This document shows positions 1 through 8,995 of a stretch of 60,701 nucleotides of DNA, in pieces (position 1 is the first letter of the stretch; every line of letters begins with the position of its first letter). Source of the stretch: Deltaproteobacteria bacterium. Its GTDB lineage: Bacteria > Desulfobacterota > GWC2-55-46 > DRQE01. The position numbers and the translations under genes are program-made. The stretch covers positions 1-60,701 of the forward strand of contig JAJRSM010000007.1 of assembly GCA_024278765.1 (NCBI GenBank), read 5' to 3'. A model generated the notes under the pieces. That model was not told the DNA's origin. It saw only the letters and a program-made list of their open reading frames with translations, and searched no databases.

Positions 1-140
1 ACCATAATAAGACTTATTGCCTCGCGCTTGAACTCACGGTCAAAACTCTTACGACCTCGTTTCTCTTCCATCTGAACACCTCCTATGGTAGCTTTTTATC
101 ACTAACCTTTCGATGTGTCCACTAAACAGGGGCAATAGCA
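1..140 (-). mobile_element. IS3-family element, left end (IRL plus start of orfA), truncated by window edge
   Basis: Minus strand reads TGCTATTGCCCCTGTTTAGTGGACA from 140, then AGGAGG RBS and ATG at 71: MEEKRGRKSFDREFKREAISLIM, a typical IS3 OrfA N-terminus. Confidence 0.85.
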
Positions 141-174
141 ACTCGTGGGGGTTCGAATCCCCCCTTCGGCACCA
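141..174 (+). tRNA. 3' fragment of a tRNA, probably Leu (T-arm, acceptor 3' strand, CCA)
   Basis: GGGGGTTCGAATCCCCC CTTCGGC A CCA; acceptor strand complements GCCGAAG and discriminator is A, typical of tRNA-Leu; 5' part is displaced by the IS. Confidence 0.75.
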
Positions 175-180
175 AATTAA

Positions 181-214
181 GAAAGGGCGGTCTGTGTAAA
201 CAGATCGCCCTTTC
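181..214. terminator. Hairpin terminator after the tRNA 3' end
   Basis: GAAAGGGCGGTCTG-TGTAAA-CAGATCGCCCTTTC inverted repeat. Confidence 0.7.
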
Positions 215-254
215 TAATTTCGTATTGTGGAGGATTCGTTTGTCCCACTAGTCT

Positions 255-395
255 CAACTCGTGGGGGGTTCGACAAATACGCAGGATAGCGGATTTGACT
301 TGCCGAAGGGTCGCAGACCCGGAGGCAAGCCTGTAAGGAGTCAACGCCCGAAGAGTCGAGGGCAGGATGGCCGAGGGTAATCCCCCCAAAGGCCA
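255..395 (+). repeat. Second tRNA 3'-end copy with a ~106-bp structured insertion in the T-loop
   Basis: CAACTCGTGGGGGGTTCGA (255-273) repeats 139-157; ATCCCCCC resumes at ~380; insert contains hairpins. Confidence 0.7.
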
Positions 396-451
396 CAAAA
401 TATAAAACAACTTAATAAGTGTCTACTTTCTCTTTCCAGCTATCCAACCAA

Positions 452-2476
452 TCATTTTAGTGCTTTATTTATATGTTCAATCAGTGTTTTCCACTGATCA
501 CACTCATCAGACGATAAATCCGCTGCTTCGTGTGTACGAGTCCAGCGAAGGAAAGCCTTGGCCAACCTATATTTAGAAAAATCGCTAACTTTACCAGATA
601 ATATATCGACTATGCGCCGAGTTGGTTGAGCAGATGCAACAGTGCTAACATCCCATCCAAGATCGTCTTTAGCTACTTTGATTAGAGTGTCTCTTAGCAT
701 ATCCTCCACCTCTGGTCTAGCTACATCACCAGTGTATGCGTCTTTAGTACGCAGTATAGCCTTATTCCCAAGAGTATGAACCAAGTTATCTTGTTGAGCC
801 GCAAGATCACCTGCAGCATCAGAGTCTAACAATGCGGCCACTTTTAGTTTTTGGGAGTGAAGGATAGTCGCATAATAAACAACCTTACTAGCACTATTGG
901 AAGGCACTAACGCAATTTTATCATTTAAACTAACTACTTCACCATCTCTCAAGAGTTGAGACGTTGCATCTAAATACCAGTAATCTGTTAAACCCTCAAG
1001 CACAAGGTTCCTCTTTTGAGCAAACAGACTCTGAGCTAGATCGTAGCCAAGTGCTTCCTGAAGCGGAAGAAGAGCTGCAATATCATCTGCGATGACCTTA
1101 GTATGGACTTTAGTACCAACCTTCCGATCAGTCATCTCTACAACTCGAACAAGGTCAAGTTCATCGGGACCTACCAAAAAAGGCGAATGAGTCGTATATA
1201 GTGTTTGGTTAGTCTCTGCCAGCCGAGAGATGGTTATCCGAAAATCACGTTGCTTGAGCCCATGTAGACTGAGTCCCGGCTCATCGAGCAATAAAATGGC
1301 GTTTTCGTGCCCATCCACAGCCTCTGCAAAGAACACAACAAAGAATGAGACCAACCACTGAAACCCTTCAGACCTTTGATCCAACTCAATCTCAACACCA
1401 AGGGAGTCTTCAACAACAACCTTGAGGTACTGTGCATCTGCCTGAACTCGCAAACGATCAGCTTCAGATCTAGTTGGATCCGGCAACCACACTTTGTTAA
1501 TTTCGTCGGTAAGACGAACACTCGCAGCATTGAGTTGAAATCTACGCTTGTCAAGCTGGTCCCTGTATTGCTTAAGAGCTTCAGGGTTATCAGCTAATGG
1601 CTCTGAAACTTTTCCAAGATTGGATAGCTCCCTAGCACTAAACCCAAGGAGCTTCATAAGACACTCGTTTCCATAGTCATACTGAGTGTCGTCCAGAACC
1701 CCAGTCTCAATTCTACTGGCTAAGTGTTCAAGATGTATAAGAGGCCTAACTCGAAAATAATTATTAAACAGCACAAATACTGGCAGTCGCTCTCTTAGTA
1801 TTTTAACTGCTTTACTGCGCTTACTTGCAACGCCAACAGCTTCTTTAAGACTATCAAAACGTTGTTCTTCTTTGGTATTTGTCTCATCGATATAAGTAAA
1901 TATATTGTCAAGCCACGTACTCAGTGTCTCCGCCTTACCTATATTAATCTTCGTCAGCTCGCTCCACCCTTCAGTGATAGCTTTTAACTGATCGCCAGAC
2001 GTCTCAGGCTCCGTAGAACCTTCTTCGGCTGAAGGAATACGAGGATCAACGTGTGAACACAGTCGTATAAGGTTCTTTTTAATATCGTTATAGGTAATTA
2101 ATTCAGGGGCTCCTTCCAATCTTTGCCAGAAGCTGTTGTCAAGCCTACGTCCAAATACATAGACACAGTCCTCAAATCCTTTAGGCATTTCCTTTTGATC
2201 TTCAGGCTCAAGAGTGAAGCGAGCTTCGACCACAGTAACTTCAGCCGGGTCGACCTTTCCTGTGGTAATATCGTTAAACTTAGAGCGAGGGTAGTCCCGC
2301 AATGAATCGAACCCATCAATATCATCAGGCGCATTAATCTGCTGGAGAGCTTTAAACACCGCAGTTTTTCCAGCCTCATTAGGGCCAACCAGAATAGTCT
2401 TTGCCTCTTCAACCTCGAACCAACCAGTATCTATTATACTGCGATAGTTTTGTACTCGTACCTTACTTAACCACAT
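452..2476 (-). CDS. OLD-family ATP-dependent nuclease (ABC-type ATPase + TOPRIM)
   Basis: NYRSI, Walker A GPNEAGKT, signature-like SEGFQW, Walker B LLLDEPG, TTHSP, TOPRIM VLEGLTD and LLDSD; AAGGAG RBS supports start MWLSK at 2476. Confidence 0.85.
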   Translation of the reverse strand: MWLSKVRVQNYRSIIDTGWFEVEEAKTILVGPNEAGKTAVFKALQQINAPDDIDGFDSLRDYPRSKFNDITTGKVDPAEVTVVEARFTLEPEDQKEMPKGFEDCVYVFGRRLDNSFWQRLEGAPELITYNDIKKNLIRLCSHVDPRIPSAEEGSTEPETSGDQLKAITEGWSELTKINIGKAETLSTWLDNIFTYIDETNTKEEQRFDSLKEAVGVASKRSKAVKILRERLPVFVLFNNYFRVRPLIHLEHLASRIETGVLDDTQYDYGNECLMKLLGFSARELSNLGKVSEPLADNPEALKQYRDQLDKRRFQLNAASVRLTDEINKVWLPDPTRSEADRLRVQADAQYLKVVVEDSLGVEIELDQRSEGFQWLVSFFVVFFAEAVDGHENAILLLDEPGLSLHGLKQRDFRITISRLAETNQTLYTTHSPFLVGPDELDLVRVVEMTDRKVGTKVHTKVIADDIAALLPLQEALGYDLAQSLFAQKRNLVLEGLTDYWYLDATSQLLRDGEVVSLNDKIALVPSNSASKVVYYATILHSQKLKVAALLDSDAAGDLAAQQDNLVHTLGNKAILRTKDAYTGDVARPEVEDMLRDTLIKVAKDDLGWDVSTVASAQPTRRIVDILSGKVSDFSKYRLAKAFLRWTRTHEAADLSSDECDQWKTLIEHINKALK

Positions 2477-2577
2477 GTCTGCTCCTTCTGCTAAACTCTT
2501 TAAGTTGTAAGTACCTCTTGAAAACAAAACCTCTAGTGTCTGCTGCAGTATATAATATTTTAACAAAACATACAAAC

Positions 2578-3200
2578 TCTCTCCCTACCTCTCTCACCAA
2601 GGGAGGGGTAGCACCCCCCTACAAAAAGACCAAATAAAGAAGGCAACCCTAAAGGGTCGCCCTATGAAAAAGACAGATGCTGAAATAAATTCGGTATGAC
2701 AAAAAAGATAAATCCTCCTCTATCCCCCTTTTTCAAAGGGGGATGTAAAGACAGATGCTGAATCTAGTTCAGCATGACAAATAGGTGATTTTGCATTCGG
2801 GGCGAGGACGCACCGAATGATCCAAAAAACCAGATTGCTTCGTCGCTACTCTCCTCGCAATGACACCTGTTTTTGCCTTACCTTTAAAAACCCCTCGGGG
2901 GTATGTGGTCGTATGCAGGGCTAAGGAAGCTCATTCGAGGGGTGGGTAAAATGCCGAGGAAGGGAGCATCCAGCCGCAGGCTGGTGCGAGATAGGGCAGG
3001 CATTTTACGAGGTGTCCGAATGACGAGGTTGCCCGCCCTGTAGAGGCCTTTGCTCTCACGCAGTGAGCCGCCCCGGCAGGAACAAACCATGAACTAGAAA
3101 AAATATCCATGAGCATAGCTCACAAAACAAATCCCCCTCAGTCCCCCTTTTTCAAAGGGGGCGGTAAAGACAGATGCTGAACTAAATTCAGCATGACAAA
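2578..3200. repeat. Mosaic of REP/MITE-like palindromic repeats
   Basis: AGACAGATGCTGAA..TTCAGCATGACAAA-like units at 2671, 2749, 3168; CCCCCTTTTTCAAAGGGGG twice; GCAACCCTAAAGGGT at 2643; CAGATTGC..CTCCTCGCAATGAC at ~2832. Confidence 0.8.
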
Positions 3201-3237
3201 TTAAAAAAATATCTTCCTGCCGAAGGCAGTCTGCTGT

Positions 3238-3488
3238 CCGCAGGTGCTCGCCGCACGGGCAGATATATTAATATAGCTCCTTGCTACTACGCTCGGCACG
3301 AGAACCAGCTACTTTACTATGCCCCGAAGGGGCTATGCCTGCGGTGCAACCGGTGCCACACCGCAGGGTGCTCGCCGCACGGGCAGATACATTAATATAA
3401 TCCTTTACTACGCTCGGCACGAGAACTAGCTACTTTACTATGCCCCGAAGGGGCTATGCCTCCGGTGCAACCGGTGCCCCACCACAGG
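3238..3488. repeat. Two ~124-bp tandem direct repeats overlapping the hemG 3' end
   Basis: GGTGCTCGCCGCACGGGCAGATA..TACTTTACTATGCCCCGAAGGGGCTATGCCT at 3243 and 3367. Confidence 0.9.
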
Positions 3489-4958
3489 TGGCAACCACCT
3501 TCTTTGCCGTTGCCTCGGCCTCTCTGGTGGTATCGCTTATGCCGATGCCGTAATAGGCAGAGCCGGTAAGGTAAAGGCCGGGATGTTTTTCGGTAAGGGC
3601 CTTTATATCAGCAACACGTTCGGCATGACCGATTATGTACTGGGGCATGGCTTTGCGCCAGCGGAAGATCTTAAATAGTACAGGCTCTGCGTCTATTCCC
3701 ATCATGGCCTTTAGTTCGGCCTTTACCATACCCTTCATCTCGGTATCGTCTAGCTCTACGAGATGGCCCTGCGCGCGCCACCTACAAAGCAGCGCATAAG
3801 GATCTTATCGTCCGGGGCGCGGCCCGCCCACTTAATTGAGCTCCACGACGCAGCCATTATCCCGCGCTCTTCAGAGCCCGGGACGACAAAACCAAAACCG
3901 TCCATTGGGTGCTTAATGTCTTTTTTGTTATATCCGATCGAAATCGTAGCAGTTGACGCATACGGGATGGTCAAGAGCTTTTTTGATAACTCCAGATCAA
4001 TCTTACGTACCAGCTGCGCTGAAATATAAGCGGGAGTTGCTACAACGACCACAGCGGCATCTATCACACGTCCGGTATCAGTCGTTACCTGATAACCACC
4101 GTTGGTCTCGGTCATATCCGAGACCGAGGTCTCCCGTAATAACTCGACATCTTTTATCTCTGCAAGCAGCTTATCGACTAATTCGCCAAGGCCGTTTTTA
4201 AGGGTGACGAACATCGTCATACGTGGTTTTGTCGAGGGCGTGCCGGATGATGCGCCCTTAGGGGTCGCGCTTTTAGCTGCGTCCTTGACGCTTTTGGCTT
4301 CGCCGGCGGCAGTTTTTTTCTTCATCGAGGCCATACGCGCTACCATGCCCTTGACGAGGCTGCCGTACTGTTCTTCGAGCTCGACGAACTTCGGGAAGCT
4401 ACTCCTGATACTCATCGTATCGGGGTCTCCGGCATGTACGCCTGCAACCAGCGGCTCTGCGATCTTATCCAGAGCCTCTTTACCGAGACGACGCGTAACG
4501 AACTCTCCGAGGCTTTCATCGGCGTTGCCCTTTTTCTTCGGGATAAACGGCTCGATAGCCATACGCAGTTTACCACGCAGGGTCAGGAGAGAACTCGTAA
4601 GCAGCGGAATCATCTTGGTCGGAACCATTAGGATGACGCCCTCGGGCAAGAGGTGCAGCTTACCACGCGAGAAGACGTAGGTCTTACCGCGCGGCTTTGA
4701 GGTCGGCAGAATACTGGAGTCCAGACCGAGCCTGCGGCAGAGTTGTAAGGCCCAGGGCTTCTCGGACAAAAAACAATCAGGGCCTCCTTCAATAAGGAAG
4801 CCCTGTATATGCTCGGTACGGATGTTACCACCCGGACGCTCGCCTTTGTCGATCAGTGTTACATCTATATTCTTACCGGCCTCTCTGGCCTCTTGCAGGA
4901 TATGGTAACAGGTCGTAAGCCCTGCGATACCGCCCCCTATAACGACTACTCGGCTCAT
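3454..4958 (-). pseudogene. hemG: HemG/HemY (proto/coproporphyrinogen oxidase) split by an apparent frameshift near 3770
   Basis: GGGIAGL FAD motif, EGGPD, GFGFVVP in 3756-4958; RWRKAMPQY and GIGISD C-terminus in 3454-3738 in another frame. Confidence 0.85.
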
Positions 4959-5905
4959 ACAGGCTGTACTTCGCTCTGGTTCGCCTCTGTAGGCTTATTG
5001 CATACGATATGCGCAAGCATCTCGATGAACTTCGGGCTGGCATTAAGCCCGCGTGTACGCCCGTATCTGAGCCCCATCCCCTCTGCCATCTTCTTTACAC
5101 TCGTATCGAGGTCAAAGAGCGTCTCGACGTTATCAGCGACAAAGCTTAAGGGGACGACGATCAGACCTTCTTTACCGTAGGCACTCGCCTCAATGACGAT
5201 CGACTCAACATCAGGACCGAGCCATTCTCCGCTCGGGCCCTGGCTCTGATAGGCTACCCGGAACTCAAAGTTGACATAATGATTAATGGCAAAGGTCGTC
5301 TCACGCACAAGCCTCTGATAACTATCACCCTTAAGGGCTGCGACCGGCAGGCTATGCGCAGTATAGATCAAGTGCGCGTGCTTTGGCTCGGTAAAGGCCT
5401 TTAGTTCTTCATCAAGGTTCTCAACGATTGCCTCAATAAAGAGCGGATGACAATGCCAATTTTCTATATACTCGACCGAAAGCGGCTTACCGCTGTCTTC
5501 AATCGCTGCGGCAACGGCCTTTTTATAGCCACCCATCGTAACAGGGACCGCAAAGGGCGTCATTACGATAGCCTGAACCTCACGAAGCCCGGCGGCCTGA
5601 ATCTCTGCAATGGCCTCTGTGATGAATGGCACCCAGTTAAGCATCCCGAGAAAGACCTTATAGACCTCGCCGTCGTTCTGTGCGTTAAGTTTTTCTTCCA
5701 GAGCAGCGGCCTGCCCCTGGCTTATCTCCAGCATAGGAGACTTACCGCCGATGACCTCATACCGCTCCTCTATCTCTTCAATAAGGTTCTGCGATACCTC
5801 TCTACCCTTTAGGATATTTTTAACAAATGGTCCGACACTCTCTATACTATCAGCCCCTCCGAATGCGAGCAGCAAGACACCTTTAGTAGGCTTTACCTCT
5901 GACAT
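4955..5905 (-). CDS. hemH: Ferrochelatase
   Basis: LLLAFGG, IGGKSP, TAHSLP, YQS, WLGP, FVADNVETL; lies between hemE and hemG. Confidence 0.9.
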   Translation of the reverse strand: MSEVKPTKGVLLLAFGGADSIESVGPFVKNILKGREVSQNLIEEIEERYEVIGGKSPMLEISQGQAAALEEKLNAQNDGEVYKVFLGMLNWVPFITEAIAEIQAAGLREVQAIVMTPFAVPVTMGGYKKAVAAAIEDSGKPLSVEYIENWHCHPLFIEAIVENLDEELKAFTEPKHAHLIYTAHSLPVAALKGDSYQRLVRETTFAINHYVNFEFRVAYQSQGPSGEWLGPDVESIVIEASAYGKEGLIVVPLSFVADNVETLFDLDTSVKKMAEGMGLRYGRTRGLNASPKFIEMLAHIVCNKPTEANQSEVQPV

Positions 5906-5937
5906 AACAATCTCCTTATATTTCCTATTTTATTACG

Positions 5938-6978
5938 TTACTTTACTTCTGTGGTCGTCTGCGTGAACTCATGTACGCAGTCTATTAGAGCCCTTACGTG
6001 ATCGACCGGCGTCTCAACGATTATTCCGTGGCCTAGATTAAATATATGCCCCGGACGTCCGCCTGCCCTTTCTATAATCTCTTTTGCGCGTTTTCTAATC
6101 TCTGGGATGGAAGAGAAAAGGACAACAGGGTCGATATTACCCTGAATACCTACGTCATATCCGATAGTACTCCAGGCCTTATCAAGAGGGATACGCCAGT
6201 CTACGCTTATCACATCACCACCGGCTGCGCGAATGGTATCAAGATACGAACTGGTATTGGTCGAAAAGTTAATCACCGGCACATCGGTTACCGAGTCGAT
6301 AACACGCTTTGTATAGGGCAGAACAAATTCTTTATACTCATCAGGGCCAAGACACCCTACCCAAGAATCAAAGATCTGAACAGCCTGTACGCCTGCCTTT
6401 ATCTGAGCGGCGAGGTAACGCTTTATTATCTCGGTTATCTTATCCATCAGGATATGCCAGAGCTTTGGCTCACGGTACATAAGCCCCTTTGCATGGACAT
6501 AGTTGCGTGACCCACCACCCTCGATTATATAGCTGGCGAGCGTAAAGGGCGCACCAGAGAAACCAATCAGCGGAACCTTGCCGTTCAGTTCACCCTGGAC
6601 CATCTTTATGGCATCAAGCAGATACGGGACGTCTTCCTCTGGCTCGATGATACGGATATCCTCGATATCCTTAGCGCTCCTGACGGGGTTGCTGATAACA
6701 GGCCCCATATCCTTTGCGAACTCAAGGTTGATCCCCATACCCTCGAGCGGCAGGAGAATATCGGCAAAGATAATCGCTGCATCCAGATCAAAGGCCTTGA
6801 TAGGCTGGAGCGTTACCTCGCAGGCAAGCTCCGGGGTACGACACATCTCAAGAAAGGTATGCTTTTCCTTGAGGTCTCTGTATTCCTTCATATAGCGTCC
6901 GGCCTGACGCATTAGCCACACCGGGGTGTGAGAAACCGGCTCTCTCCTACAGGCCTTTAAAAACGTATCATTCGACAT
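5938..6978 (-). CDS. hemE: Uroporphyrinogen decarboxylase
   Basis: PVWLMRQAGRYM, GAPFTLASY, QIFDSW, IFNLGHG. Confidence 0.97.
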   Translation of the reverse strand: MSNDTFLKACRREPVSHTPVWLMRQAGRYMKEYRDLKEKHTFLEMCRTPELACEVTLQPIKAFDLDAAIIFADILLPLEGMGINLEFAKDMGPVISNPVRSAKDIEDIRIIEPEEDVPYLLDAIKMVQGELNGKVPLIGFSGAPFTLASYIIEGGGSRNYVHAKGLMYREPKLWHILMDKITEIIKRYLAAQIKAGVQAVQIFDSWVGCLGPDEYKEFVLPYTKRVIDSVTDVPVINFSTNTSSYLDTIRAAGGDVISVDWRIPLDKAWSTIGYDVGIQGNIDPVVLFSSIPEIRKRAKEIIERAGGRPGHIFNLGHGIIVETPVDHVRALIDCVHEFTQTTTEVK

Positions 6979-7135
6979 AAGTAGTAACCGTCCTTTGCTG
7001 TTATATTTAACTAAATTGACTATTTATTATATTGAAAAAAACCCTTTATTACAAGGTTTTATCTGAAAGTCCGCCAAGGCTTGCTCATTAATGCTAATAT
7101 TGTACTTTATCAGGCCTTATTAAGCTAAAAGCACC

Positions 7136-7975
7136 TCAAACAAGCTGTTTTTCGTCTTTTTGGGCCTTGGTTTTGGCATTGGTTTTCTCTTCTGTAGAGC
7201 CCGCTTCATTATCAGCCGGCAGTGCAGCACCACGCCCAAAGGCCTGATCAATACTGGTGAGGATACCACGTATCATATTGGCCTCCTTCTCCATCAAAGA
7301 CGTACGGCCAAAGAGCCTCTTAAAGTTGCGCATAATAGTCTCGAGTAGATAATCTCCGTGCTTTCTGTGGTCTCCGTAACCAAGCTTTCTGAGCGTATCC
7401 TCCAGATGCGCATACATATTAAGGACGACCTCGCGCTCTGCGAGCTCAAAGGGCGGCTCAACTGGATCAACCGAGGTAAATAGGCAATGACAGACCGCAA
7501 AGACCGCATGAGAAAGATTAAGTGAGGGCTGGTCCTTATGGGTCGGTATCTCTAGGAGGAGATCACAGAGGTCTATCTCTTCGTTTTTAAGACCTTTGTC
7601 TTCTCTGCCAAAAAGAATCGCTACCTTATTGGCAGGACCAAGACTTATTATCTTCTCAGTTGCTTCGACAAGCGAGAAGATAGGAAATCTCAACTTACCT
7701 GTGCGCCGGGTCGTCCCGACGACCATCTTTGCGTCTTTTAGGGCCGCCTCGATTGTAGGAAAAAACCTTGCCTTACCAAGCACATCCATCGCGTTACAGG
7801 CCAGATAAAGGGCCTCTTCGGTCTGATGATCCACCGGGTCGTCAGCTGGCGTAACTATACGCAGATCGCTCAGACCGGTATTCTTCATCACCCTTGCCGT
7901 ACTGCCGATATTACCCGGGGTTCTGGGTTCTACCAATATAATACTTATATTTTTAAGGGCTTTTTTTGTCTGCAT
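7136..7975 (-). CDS. trmJ: SPOUT RNA methyltransferase, TrmJ/LasT family
   Basis: PGNIGSTARVMKNTG, FGREDKGL, SLNLSHAV. Confidence 0.85.
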   Translation of the reverse strand: MQTKKALKNISIILVEPRTPGNIGSTARVMKNTGLSDLRIVTPADDPVDHQTEEALYLACNAMDVLGKARFFPTIEAALKDAKMVVGTTRRTGKLRFPIFSLVEATEKIISLGPANKVAILFGREDKGLKNEEIDLCDLLLEIPTHKDQPSLNLSHAVFAVCHCLFTSVDPVEPPFELAEREVVLNMYAHLEDTLRKLGYGDHRKHGDYLLETIMRNFKRLFGRTSLMEKEANMIRGILTSIDQAFGRGAALPADNEAGSTEEKTNAKTKAQKDEKQLV

Positions 7976-8019
7976 TAGAGATAATTTATACCGGGTGAGC
8001 TAATTTTTTAAAAAATTTA

Positions 8020-8056
8020 AAAAAGGTCGGGCTGCAAGTTTTTTGCAGCCCGACCT
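8020..8056 (-). terminator. Intrinsic terminator after htpX
   Basis: AGGTCGGGCTGCAA..TTGCAGCCCGACCT with an A-run on the left (U-tail on minus strand). Confidence 0.8.
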
Positions 8057-8084
8057 CTCAAGGTTAATGTTTTCTATAAAGACC

Positions 8085-8939
8085 TTACGCCTCTGCCATG
8101 GCCTTTAGCCTCTTTATGCGCTCTGCCATCGGCGGATGGGTCGAAAACAATTTACGCATACCGCCCTTACCAGATAGCGGACTTACGATAAACATATGGG
8201 CCGTTGCGTCATTTACCTTTGGCATAGGGATCTTCTTATTATAGTATTCGAGCTTTTCCAGAGCCTTTGCCAGATATAGCGGATGGCCCGTGATATCTGC
8301 CCCACCTTTATCTGCGGCGTATTCCCTTGAACGGGAAATCGCCATCTGAATAATCATCGCTGCAAGCGGGCCGACTATCATCATTACAATAAGGACAGCA
8401 GGGTGACCGCCACCGCCTTCTCTGTTGTTTCTGCCGCCACTAAACAGCGAAGCCCACATCGCCATCTGAGCCATATAACTTATAGCTCCGGCAACGGTCG
8501 CCGCTACGGTTGATATCAGAATGTCGCGGTTTTTAATATGGCTTAACTCGTGGCCTATTACCCCGCCAAGCTCCTCTCTGGACAGAAGCTTCATAAGTCC
8601 GCTTGTAACAGCAACGGCAGAATGAGACGGATTGCGCCCGGTGGCAAATGCATTTGGCGTATCCTTATCCATCATATAGACCTTTGGCATCGGTAGTTCG
8701 GCATTCTCGGCGAGCACCCTAACGGTAGCGTAAAGATCTGGCTGATCTTCTTCGGTTACCTGCTTTGCCCTATACATCTTAAGAACAATCTTATCGCTGA
8801 ACCAATAGGTACCGAAATTCATAACGCCTGCGAAGACCAGTCCGATTATAGCACCGGAACGCCCACCCAGAGCAGCACCGGAGAATATCAACAGGGCCGC
8901 AAGGCCTGCCAAAAGTATAGTTGTCTTTACATAACTCAT
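8085..8939 (-). CDS. htpX: Zinc metalloprotease HtpX
   Basis: PNAFATGR, HELSH, SRSREY.AD, STHPP. Confidence 0.95.
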   Translation of the reverse strand: MSYVKTTILLAGLAALLIFSGAALGGRSGAIIGLVFAGVMNFGTYWFSDKIVLKMYRAKQVTEEDQPDLYATVRVLAENAELPMPKVYMMDKDTPNAFATGRNPSHSAVAVTSGLMKLLSREELGGVIGHELSHIKNRDILISTVAATVAGAISYMAQMAMWASLFSGGRNNREGGGGHPAVLIVMMIVGPLAAMIIQMAISRSREYAADKGGADITGHPLYLAKALEKLEYYNKKIPMPKVNDATAHMFIVSPLSGKGGMRKLFSTHPPMAERIKRLKAMAEA

Positions 8940-8995
8940 ATAATAAAACCTCCCTCAGATATCTAGATATAATATAGGCACACAGCCTCAGAACG

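Noticed and set aside
177-410. Short minus-strand ORFs over the tRNA remnants (also 56512-56700, 2884-3116)
   Set aside because: They overlap RNA-like or repeat elements and have no RBS or protein motifs
2906-3048. 6S or SRP RNA identity for the rod structure
   Set aside because: No SRP GGAA-loop/AGCAG motif, no clear 6S central bubble or typical context; left unclassified
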